This document shows positions 1-7,779 of a DNA stretch of 44,856 nt, piece after piece. Both the position numbers and the translations under genes were made by a program. The stretch comes from an uncultured Eubacteriales bacterium. Its GTDB lineage: Bacteria; Bacillota; Clostridia; Caldicoprobacterales; DTU083. The DNA lies in assembly GCA_964345785.1 (NCBI GenBank), contig CAYFSR010000004.1, positions 1 through 44,856 on the forward strand, given 5' to 3'. The notes under the pieces are model-generated. The model was not told the origin of the DNA. It worked only from the letters and a program-made list of their open reading frames with translations, and ran no database searches. Each line of letters opens with the position of its first letter. Positions within the stretch are counted from its first letter, which is position 1.

Positions 1-45
1 GTTAGTCGTTCCCGCAAAGGCTCCTTCCATATGATTTATTATTAC
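1..45 (-). repeat. Window-truncated partial copy of the long-hairpin intergenic repeat that is complete at 9575-9764
   Basis: The reverse complement of 1-45 reads GTAATAATAAATCATATGGAAGGAGCCTTTGCGGGAACGACTAAC. This aligns to 9575-9617. The 21-mer GAGCCTTTGCGGGAACGACTA is identical (3-23 rc = 9596-9616), as is AATAATAAAT. Confidence 0.7.
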
Positions 46-70
46 GGTGTGAACGGTAACAGGTTCTTAG

Positions 71-1540
71 CTACGCCTTGAATGACTGAACTGATGTCAG
101 TTTATCTAGTCCAATATGCAATCTCCTCATGGCTTCATCCTTACCTAATAGACCAAGGATTTCAATCGCACCTCCTGGTGTAACAAGCTTACCAGCAGCT
201 GCTATGCGAACTGGCCATAGTACTAAACTATTTTTAACCCCCAATTGGCCAATCAAATCAAATAAGGCCTGATGTAGTGTTTCCTCGTTCCAATCCTCCA
301 CATCAATTAGGACTTCAATTGCCTTAGTCAGGTTCTCGTAGGAATTTTCAAGATTTGTCTTGCTCTTTTTATGAATAAATATATCGGATTCATATTCCGG
401 CAAAACATTCAGGAAAGCCACCATTTCAGGTATCTCATTAAGCACATCCGTGCGGCCTTGAATTAAGGAACTAATTCTCTTAAGATTCATTCCACCAGGC
501 AATTCCGCTTCCTTATAATAAGGAAGAGCCATCTCATGGAATTCATCAAGGCTTAGCTTCTTAATATATTCGCCATTCATCCAGCGAAGCTTATTAACAT
601 CAAAAACAGCGGGAGATTTACTTAGACCCTTTATGTCAAAGGCTTGTTCCAGTTCTTCTAAAGTGAAAAACTCCTCATCACCACCGGGGCTCCAGCCTAG
701 CAAAGCCACATAGTTTAAAATGGCATCCTTTAAGTAACCTTTGTTATAGAAATCTTCAAAGGAAGCATCTCCATCACGCTTGCTCAGCTTCTTTCCGGGT
801 TCCTTCATTACAGGAGATAAATGAATGTATTGAGGTATTTCCCAGCCGAAGGATTCATAAACCAAATTATATCTAGGAGTAGAAGAGAGATATTCGCTGC
901 CCCTTACCACTGGATTGATTTTCATTAAATGATCGTCAATAACATTAGCCAGGTTATAAGTTGGCATACCATCGGATTTTAGCAGAATTCCATCTTCTAA
1001 GGTATTATTCTCTACGGTGATGGTGCCAAACAGTTCATCCTCGAAACTAGTAGTTCCAGTTTTTGGCACCTTTTGACGGATTACATACGGTATCCCTGTG
1101 TTCAGCTTTTCATCTATCTCTTCCTGGCTAAGGTGTCTGCAATGTCCATCATAACCAAAATCAGTCTTCGTCTCTACAGCCTCAGCGCGTAGCTTGTCAA
1201 GACGGTCTTTGGTACAGAAGCAGTAATAAGCTCCATCTTTTTCTATCAATTCTTTAGCATATTTTAGGTAAATGGGCTTTCTTTCAGATTGGATATAAGG
1301 GCCATAAGGTCCGCCAATATCTGGGCCTTCGTCATGCTGCAAGCCAACTAGCTTCAACGTATTGTAAATGACGTCAGTAGCGCCTTCAACAAAGCGGTCC
1401 TGATCCGTATCTTCAATACGTAATAGAAACTTCCCATTGTTCTTCTTGGCAATCAAATAAGTATAAAGGGCAGTTCGCAGCCCTCCTATATGTAGGTAGC
1501 CCGTGGGACTTGGTGCAAATCGGGTTCTTACTTCGTTCAT
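71..1540 (-). CDS. gltX: Glutamate--tRNA ligase
   Basis: 489-aa ORF. It carries the class I aaRS HIGH-type motif ([10 protein letters not shown]) and a KMSKS-type loop (KLSKR). GGAGG RBS lies upstream of the ATG. Confidence 0.95.
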   Translation of the reverse strand: MNEVRTRFAPSPTGYLHIGGLRTALYTYLIAKKNNGKFLLRIEDTDQDRFVEGATDVIYNTLKLVGLQHDEGPDIGGPYGPYIQSERKPIYLKYAKELIEKDGAYYCFCTKDRLDKLRAEAVETKTDFGYDGHCRHLSQEEIDEKLNTGIPYVIRQKVPKTGTTSFEDELFGTITVENNTLEDGILLKSDGMPTYNLANVIDDHLMKINPVVRGSEYLSSTPRYNLVYESFGWEIPQYIHLSPVMKEPGKKLSKRDGDASFEDFYNKGYLKDAILNYVALLGWSPGGDEEFFTLEELEQAFDIKGLSKSPAVFDVNKLRWMNGEYIKKLSLDEFHEMALPYYKEAELPGGMNLKRISSLIQGRTDVLNEIPEMVAFLNVLPEYESDIFIHKKSKTNLENSYENLTKAIEVLIDVEDWNEETLHQALFDLIGQLGVKNSLVLWPVRIAAAGKLVTPGGAIEILGLLGKDEAMRRLHIGLDKLTSVQSFKA

Positions 1541-1614
1541 AAATCTTCCTCCCTGCTTAGAACAAAGGCTTCTATCGAAGCAATTTTATGCAGCCTTTGT
1601 TGAAAATGCCTTAT

Positions 1615-1651
1615 GACAAAAAGCCCTTCCCATGTTTGTTGATGAAAGGCT
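1615..1651 (-). terminator. Terminator-like hairpin inside the gltX 5' leader (possible attenuator)
   Basis: The minus-strand RNA reads AGCCUUUC-(14 nt loop)-GAAGGGCU followed by UUUUG. The stem is 8 bp including one G-U pair. It lies between the predicted promoter and the gltX RBS. Confidence 0.4.
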
Positions 1652-1677
1652 GCTTCTATTTAGAATCTGTCCCGTTA

Positions 1678-1707
1678 AGTATAATATTTTTAGACAATGC
1701 CTGTCAA
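1678..1707 (-). promoter_or_regulatory. Sigma-A type promoter for gltX
   Basis: On the minus strand: TTGACA (rc of 1702-1707), an 18-nt spacer, then TATACT (rc of 1678-1683). It sits about 140 nt upstream of the gltX start. Confidence 0.5.
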
Positions 1708-1791
1708 GGTGTTAGCCTTCTCTTGTTCCATAGGACGAGAACTGTTATAATAAAAACATCTTTAAAAATACGTTAAAAGGAAATGTTTTAA

Positions 1792-3000
1792 ATGAAATAC
1801 ATAATTGTCCTAGGAGATGGTATGGCCGATTATCCCATATCTCAATTAGGGAACAAAACACCGCTGCAAGCTGCACATAAACCAAATATGGACTACTTTG
1901 CTAAGCATGGTGAAGTCGGTTTAGTAAGCACCATTCCTCCTACCCATTCACCAGGGAGCGATGTAGCCAATCTTTCAGTCCTAGGTTATGATCCTGTTAA
2001 ATATTATACTGGTCGATCCCCCTTGGAAGCAATCAGTATGGGAGTGCCAATGGCAGCTGAGGATGTTACCTTTCGAACCAATTTGGTAACCTTATCAGAG
2101 GCGAAAAACTACGAAGATCGGATAATGCTGGATCACAGCTGCGATGAAATCACAACTGAGGAATCTGTTCCTCTTATAGAAGAAGTGAACCGACATTTTA
2201 AAAATGATTTTTTGAGTTTTTATAAAGGTGTCAGTTACCGGCATTGTCTGTTATGGAAAAACGGATCCCTAGACTTTGAGCTAACACCTCCTCATGATAT
2301 TAGAGATAAAAAAATTACTCCTTATCTGCCCAAGGGAAAAAACTCAGATGTAATTCTTCAGATGATGCAGGAAAGCACTCATTTCCTGTCTAACCATCCT
2401 ATTAACAGAGAAAGGGTTCGAAGAGGTCTAAATCCAGCTAATTCTATTTGGATTTGGGGACAAGGAAAAAAACCAGCCCTACCTTCCTTCTTTGATCTAC
2501 ATGGTTTGAAAAGTGCTGTTGTTTCTGCTGTAGACCTTGTTAAGGGGTTAGGCTTGTCTGCAGGCATGGTGTCCATTGATGTAGAAGGTGCAACAGGTAC
2601 TCTTGATACAAATTATGCTGGTAAAGTTGAAGCTGCACTACTAGCTCTTAAAGATGGAAAAGACTTTGTTTATATACATATAGAAGCACCAGATGAGTGC
2701 GGCCACCGAGGTGAAGTTGATAACAAGGTACGGGCCATTGAGTTAATCGATGAAAAAGTTATAAGTCCATTGCTAAAAGGCTTGGAACGTTATCATGACT
2801 ACAAGCTTATGGTGCTGCCCGATCATGCAACACCACTATCAACTAAAACCCACTCCAGTGATCCAGTACCTTATGTAATGATTCAAAAGGATGAACAGAG
2901 ATTGAGTGGAAACACTGGCTATGATGAAGTATCTGCGAAACATAGTGGTATTCACCAAGATTCAGGGCCTGCACTCTTAAAGCGGTTTTTAAACACCTGA
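1792..3000 (+). CDS. apgM: Cofactor-independent phosphoglycerate mutase family protein (archaeal-type ApgM; some bacterial members act as an alternative homoserine kinase)
   Basis: 402 aa. N-terminal GDGMAD and HIEAPDECGHRG motifs are typical of this alkaline-phosphatase-superfamily metalloenzyme family. Confidence 0.8.
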   Translation: MKYIIVLGDGMADYPISQLGNKTPLQAAHKPNMDYFAKHGEVGLVSTIPPTHSPGSDVANLSVLGYDPVKYYTGRSPLEAISMGVPMAAEDVTFRTNLVTLSEAKNYEDRIMLDHSCDEITTEESVPLIEEVNRHFKNDFLSFYKGVSYRHCLLWKNGSLDFELTPPHDIRDKKITPYLPKGKNSDVILQMMQESTHFLSNHPINRERVRRGLNPANSIWIWGQGKKPALPSFFDLHGLKSAVVSAVDLVKGLGLSAGMVSIDVEGATGTLDTNYAGKVEAALLALKDGKDFVYIHIEAPDECGHRGEVDNKVRAIELIDEKVISPLLKGLERYHDYKLMVLPDHATPLSTKTHSSDPVPYVMIQKDEQRLSGNTGYDEVSAKHSGIHQDSGPALLKRFLNT

Positions 3001-3191
3001 AGATGATCCTTCGCTAACGCTCTGGATGACACCACAACTACGGTCACACCATAACTGCTGTCATTCCGAATGCAATGAGGAATCTTAACAAATACTAAAA
3101 ATAAATAGGGATATATCTGGTATCTATTCCCTTTTATGTGATATTATATTTCTAAACATGTAATCCAATAGTATGAAATGAGGTAAGTTTG

Positions 3192-4901
3192 ATGTATAAT
3201 GCAAAATCAGTGGTTTCCGAGCTTTTAGCTCCTCATATTCCAGAACTGGAACCACAACAAATAATTGAAATGCTTGAGGTACCACCTAATCCTGAAATGG
3301 GTGATTTAGCCTTGCCCTGCTTTAAGCTGAGCAAAGTGTTAAGGAAATCCCCCGTTAAAATAGCAGAAGAACTATCTCAAGCTATTCCTCCAAATGAAAA
3401 CATCAGTCGTATCGAAAACCTGTCTGGTTATTTGAATATCTTCCTTAATCAAAGCCACTATATCCAGGAAATACTCAGTCATATACTAGAAGCTGGTAAG
3501 GAGTATGGTTCCTCAGATATTGGCCAGGGAAAAAATATTGTCATCGATTATTCCTCACCCAATATCGCAAAGCCTTTCCACGTAGGGCATCTTCGTTCTA
3601 CATCCATCGGAAATTCCCTGTACAGAATTTTTGAATTTATGGGGTATAACAGCGTTGGTATCAACTATATCGGAGATTGGGGAACACAGTTTGGAAAGCT
3701 AATTGCAGCATACAAGCATTGGGGTAACGAAGAAGCTGTAAAAGAAAGGCTGATTAAAGAACTAGTTGCCCTCTATGTAAAATTCCATCAAGAGGCAGAA
3801 AAGGATCCTTCCCTGGATGATGAAGCGAGACAGTGGTTTGTTCGTTTGGAACAAGGAGACGAGGAAGCACATAAACTATGGAAGTGGTTTGTTGACATTA
3901 GTCTGGAAGAATACCAAAAGGTTTATGATTTGCTTGATGTAAGCTTTGACTCTTATAAAGGGGAATCCTACTTTAATGATAAGATGGATCCTGTTATAAA
4001 AGAATTGGAAGACAAGGGGCTGCTTACTGAAAGTGAAGGGGCTAAGATTGTTGACTTGGAAGAAGAAAGCATGCCACCATGTCTTATTCTAAAAACAGAT
4101 GGCAGTACCTTATATGCCACCCGGGATATTACAGCAGCCATCTACCGAAAAGATACTTATGATTTTGAAAAATGCATATATGTTACTGGTGTATCACAGA
4201 GTCTGCATTTTAAGCAATGGTTTAAGGTTATAGAAAAAATGGGCTATAGCTGGCATAAAGACTTACATCATGTTCCCTTTGGCACAGTTAGTATTGGAGG
4301 AGAAAAACTGGCTACCCGAACAGGTAATGTTGTTCTTCTTGAGGATATACTATCTAAGGCTATAGAAAAAACCTTAGAGACTATTGAGTCTAAAAATCCA
4401 AATATGGAAAATAAACATAAAATAGCACAACAACTGGGTGTACGTGCTGTCATACTCAGTGACCTGTCCAGTAATCGTATTAAGGATGTTTCCTTCTCAT
4501 GGGATGAAATATTAAATTTCGATGGCGAAACCGGTCCTTATGTTCAATATACCTATGCACGAGCTTGCTCAGTACTCCGAAAAGCCAATAATGCAAGCGA
4601 TCTAGAAAAGTACGAATTAGACAGTAAGCATTTACTATCAAAGGAAGAATTCCAGTTGACGAAAACTTTGGCTGACTTCCCGGATAAGGTTAAGCAGGCG
4701 CAAAAGGATCTTGAGCCTTCCATCTTAACTCGCTATTTAGTGGATGTAGCCCAAGACTTCAACCGTTTCTATCATGAGCATTCCATCTTAGTAGATGATC
4801 TAGGTATTAGGAACTCTCGACTAGCATTGGTTCAAGCCACAAAATTAACCTTGGCAAATGGCTTATATTTAATAGGGCTTCATGCTCCAGAGCAAGTTTA
4901 A
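3192..4901 (+). CDS. argS: Arginine--tRNA ligase
   Basis: About 569 aa with the HIGH-type motif PFHVGHLRS and a C-terminal anticodon-binding region. The track starts at TTG 3189; ATG 3192 has better spacing to the GAGG RBS. Confidence 0.93.
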   Translation: MYNAKSVVSELLAPHIPELEPQQIIEMLEVPPNPEMGDLALPCFKLSKVLRKSPVKIAEELSQAIPPNENISRIENLSGYLNIFLNQSHYIQEILSHILEAGKEYGSSDIGQGKNIVIDYSSPNIAKPFHVGHLRSTSIGNSLYRIFEFMGYNSVGINYIGDWGTQFGKLIAAYKHWGNEEAVKERLIKELVALYVKFHQEAEKDPSLDDEARQWFVRLEQGDEEAHKLWKWFVDISLEEYQKVYDLLDVSFDSYKGESYFNDKMDPVIKELEDKGLLTESEGAKIVDLEEESMPPCLILKTDGSTLYATRDITAAIYRKDTYDFEKCIYVTGVSQSLHFKQWFKVIEKMGYSWHKDLHHVPFGTVSIGGEKLATRTGNVVLLEDILSKAIEKTLETIESKNPNMENKHKIAQQLGVRAVILSDLSSNRIKDVSFSWDEILNFDGETGPYVQYTYARACSVLRKANNASDLEKYELDSKHLLSKEEFQLTKTLADFPDKVKQAQKDLEPSILTRYLVDVAQDFNRFYHEHSILVDDLGIRNSRLALVQATKLTLANGLYLIGLHAPEQV

Positions 4902-4934
4902 AATAGTTATTGAGAAGCATCAGGAGGTGCCACT

Positions 4935-6005
4935 TTGAAAAAGATTGTATTAACCGGAGGCGGAACCGCCGGCCATGTTACCTCCAACATTGCCCTAATC
5001 CCTGAGCTTAAAAGCCGAGGTTGGGAGATACACTATATAGGTACTAAAACAGGGATTGAAAAAAACCTGATATCAGAAATACCTGATATTATCTATCACA
5101 GCATACAATCAGGTAGATTAAGACGATATTTTGATGTCAAAAACCTAACAGACCCTTTTCGTGTTATAGCAGGGGTGGGTCAGTCAGTCAGCTTAATTCG
5201 TAAGATTAAGCCTCAAATTATCTTCTCCAAAGGTGGATTTGTTACTGTACCTGTTGTCTTAGGCGGCTGGCTGAATCGGATTCCAGTAATTGTACATGAA
5301 TCCGATATAACTCCAGGGCTGGCTAATAAGATCGCCACCCGATTCGCCAAAACAGTCTGTACCACCTTCCCAGAAACATTAACTCACTTTGCCGAGGGCA
5401 AAGCTGTCCATACTGGTAGTCCTATTCGTAGAGAGTTATTCCTTGGTGACCCTGAACGAGGAAGAATTTTCTGCGGCTTTACGGATGAAAAGCCGGTTAT
5501 TATGGTAATGGGTGGCAGCCTTGGTGCAGTAGCTATCAATAACGCCATTCGCAGCTTGCTCCCTAAACTGACAAGACGATTCCAAGTTGTCCACGTTTGT
5601 GGAAAAGGAAATTTTGATGCACAGCTGGAAAGCTACCAGGGCTACAAGCAATTCGAATATGTAAAAGAAGAACTGCCAGACATTATGTCCATGGCAGACA
5701 TAATGGTGACCCGTGCTGGTGCCAACTCTATATTTGAATTTCTTGCATTGAAAAAACCAGCACTATTGATTCCTCTGCCTTTGAGCGCTAGTCGCGGGGA
5801 CCAGATCTTAAATGCGAAATCTTTTAATCAACAAGGTTTTAGTATGGTCCTAGAACAGGAGAATATGACAGAAGATAGCTTGTATGATCATATTATTGAG
5901 CTTTATCATACCCGGCAGAAATACATAGACGCTATGGAAAAAAGCGATACAGGAAATGGGATTGACAAGGTTTTGGAGTTAATTGAGGCTCAATCTTTAA
6001 AATAA
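4935..6005 (+). CDS. murG: Undecaprenyldiphospho-muramoylpentapeptide beta-N-acetylglucosaminyltransferase
   Basis: 356 aa, TTG start after a GGAGG RBS. It has the N-terminal TGGGTAGHV glycine-rich motif and GT28 architecture. Confidence 0.9.
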   Translation: MKKIVLTGGGTAGHVTSNIALIPELKSRGWEIHYIGTKTGIEKNLISEIPDIIYHSIQSGRLRRYFDVKNLTDPFRVIAGVGQSVSLIRKIKPQIIFSKGGFVTVPVVLGGWLNRIPVIVHESDITPGLANKIATRFAKTVCTTFPETLTHFAEGKAVHTGSPIRRELFLGDPERGRIFCGFTDEKPVIMVMGGSLGAVAINNAIRSLLPKLTRRFQVVHVCGKGNFDAQLESYQGYKQFEYVKEELPDIMSMADIMVTRAGANSIFEFLALKKPALLIPLPLSASRGDQILNAKSFNQQGFSMVLEQENMTEDSLYDHIIELYHTRQKYIDAMEKSDTGNGIDKVLELIEAQSLK

Positions 6006-6026
6006 ACTGAATTATGTTAACAACTC

Positions 6027-6171
6027 TGTGGATAATGTGGACAATTAATGCAATTGTCCACATTTTTACTTTAGTTAACTAAAGTCCCAGTATTTTAATC
6101 CCCATTCTTATCAACATTATCCACAGGTTTTCTCAGGCGTTTTCCACATACTATGGATAATTTTATCCAGT
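6027..6171. promoter_or_regulatory. Ectopic DnaA-box cluster (8 boxes in 145 bp)
   Basis: The eight boxes are: TGTGGATAA 6027-6035 (perfect, rc); TGTGGACAA 6036-6044 (1 mismatch); TTGTCCACA 6054-6062 (1 mismatch); TTATCAACA 6108-6116 (1 mismatch); TTATCCACA 6117-6125 (perfect); TTTTCCACA 6140-6148 (1 mismatch); TATGGATAA 6152-6160 (1 mismatch, rc); TTATCCAGT 6163-6171 (2 mismatches). Confidence 0.8.
6036..6067 (+). terminator. Rho-independent terminator of murG
   Basis: TGTGGACAATT-AATGC-AATTGTCCACA is a perfect 11-bp stem with a 5-nt loop, followed by TTTTT. Both arms are also 1-mismatch DnaA boxes. Confidence 0.85.
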
Positions 6172-6265
6172 AACAACAAATATTTTACATAAAATAGAAT
6201 AAGCATGCATTAATGTGAAACTAAGACGCATTTTAATCATCATATAGTATAAAGGAGTGATCACT

Positions 6266-6652
6266 ATGCTAAAAAAAAATGTAAACATCATAGTTGTTTT
6301 CCTATTACTAACTCTGTTATCCACAGCATGCGTTCCTATAAATAAAATAGACAATAATGACAGCAAAAACAAAATCAGAGACTTAACATTAGACAGTAAC
6401 ATCAACTGGCCGACTGCACCAGACAAAATAGACGATAAGTTTCGTAATTCCATTCTCGAATTTTCATGGGATTTGTTCCAGGGCAGCTCTAAAAACATTG
6501 GAAATGTTTTGATTTCACCTGCCTCCGTTTATCTAGCCCTGGGAATGACTTACAACGGAGCTGATGGTGACACTCGTCAAGCTATAGCACCCTTATTCCT
6601 GGGTATTATAGAGAATCCGGCTAAGTTAATGACGCTAGGGGTGCCTATATGA
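6266..6652 (+). pseudogene. Truncated serpin-family lipoprotein gene (N-terminal about 125 aa only)
   Basis: AAGGAG RBS plus ATG 6266. The signal peptide ends in a lipobox-like LSTAC. The serpin N-terminal signature reads ISPASVYLALGMTYNGADGDTRQAI. Serpins are about 400 aa, but this ORF stops at 128 aa, where it runs into the convergent gene at 6645. Confidence 0.65.
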
Positions 6653-7151
6653 CACTTAAGTGTGGCCAGTTAATATACTGATTTAAAATATCAACAAAAG
6701 CGGACAAGCCATGGGCATCCTGGTTATCAAACCGTCCCTTAATGGGGCTGTCGATATCCAGAACACCTATCAGCTTGTCCTTCTTAATTATTGGTATTAC
6801 TATTTCCGATTGAGAAGCAGCATCACAAGCGATGTGGCCAGGAAATTTCTCTACATCCTCAACTACCTGTACTTCCCTAGTTAAGGCGGCTGTTCCGCAT
6901 ACTCCCCTGCCCATCTGAATGCGAACACAGGCAGGTTTTCCTTGAAAGGGTCCTAGAACAAGCTCCCCCTCCTTAAGTAAATAAAAACCTGACCAATTGA
7001 TATTTGGAAGCATTTGAAACAAAAGTGCAGCTGCATTTGAAGCATTGGCAAGCCAATCAGTTTCATCAGATATCAGGCCTGTCAACAAAGTATTTAATTC
7101 TTTATAAAAGTCTGTTTTATTGTCTGTACTAATAACGGATGCATCCTGCAT
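6645..7151 (-). CDS. GAF-domain protein of the free methionine-(R)-sulfoxide reductase (YebR/MsrC) family
   Basis: 168 aa. The motif run WSGFYLL...LVLGPFQGKPACVRIQMGRGVCGTAA...IACD is typical of the fRMsr GAF family. Confidence 0.75.
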   Translation of the reverse strand: MQDASVISTDNKTDFYKELNTLLTGLISDETDWLANASNAAALLFQMLPNINWSGFYLLKEGELVLGPFQGKPACVRIQMGRGVCGTAALTREVQVVEDVEKFPGHIACDAASQSEIVIPIIKKDKLIGVLDIDSPIKGRFDNQDAHGLSAFVDILNQYINWPHLSVI

Positions 7152-7192
7152 TATATTCTCTCAGCTCTCTTATGTTTTGTGCTTACTTATTC

Positions 7193-7705
7193 TTATACCA
7201 GCTTAGCTGCTTCTTCTAAAGCTTTTTCATAATCTGGATGGTCAGTAACTTCCTTCACATACTCTACATAACGGACCTTGTTGTCTCTATCCAGAACTAC
7301 AATTCCCCTACTTAATAGCCGGCTCTCTTCCATTACAAAACCGTAATTCAGGCCAAATGACAAATCCTTGTGGTCTGACAAAACAACTACATTTCCTATG
7401 GAATGTGCACTGCAAAATCTACTTTGTGCAAAGGGCAAATCTACACTAATAGTCAAGATTACGGTATCTTTAAGATTCTGAGCTTCCTGATTAAAGCGTA
7501 TAGTTTGCATTTCGCAAACACCAGTATCTAAGGAAGGCACTACACTAATAATCTTAACCTGATTTCCAGCATCCTTAAGGGAATAAGATTCACTATCTCC
7601 TGTTAAAACTGTGAAGTCAGGAGCTTTATCGCCAGGTTTAACTTCATCTCCCAGCAAAGTAACCGGGTCACCCTTCATTGTAACTAAATTATTTCTTCTA
7701 TTCAT
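7193..7705 (-). CDS. tpx: Thiol peroxidase
   Basis: 170 aa. KGDPVTLLG lies at the N-terminus. The peroxidatic Cys context is PSLDTGVCEMQT and the resolving Cys context is RFCSAH. Confidence 0.9.
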   Translation of the reverse strand: MNRRNNLVTMKGDPVTLLGDEVKPGDKAPDFTVLTGDSESYSLKDAGNQVKIISVVPSLDTGVCEMQTIRFNQEAQNLKDTVILTISVDLPFAQSRFCSAHSIGNVVVLSDHKDLSFGLNYGFVMEESRLLSRGIVVLDRDNKVRYVEYVKEVTDHPDYEKALEEAAKLV

Positions 7706-7779
7706 AAAAAGAATACTCCTCTCTGTTAAGTATTATCATATACTTACCCCAAAAAGGAGTTTCATAGCATAAACTTATT

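Noticed and set aside
1588-1776. 62-aa ORF in the gltX / apgM divergent intergenic region
   Set aside because: It has no RBS and its composition is unremarkable. It overlaps the predicted gltX promoter and leader hairpins, so it is most likely non-coding.
1541-1791. T-box riboswitch upstream of gltX (also considered for argS at 3001-3188)
   Set aside because: I could not find the conserved T-box sequence (AANNNGGGTGGTACCGCG-like) or a recognisable specifier-loop architecture on the relevant strands.
6163-6498. 111-aa minus-strand ORF overlapping the serpin remnant and the DnaA-box cluster
   Set aside because: It lies antisense to an ORF with a strong RBS, a signal peptide and a family motif. 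It has low-complexity hydrophobic content typical of AT-rich antisense frames and no RBS.
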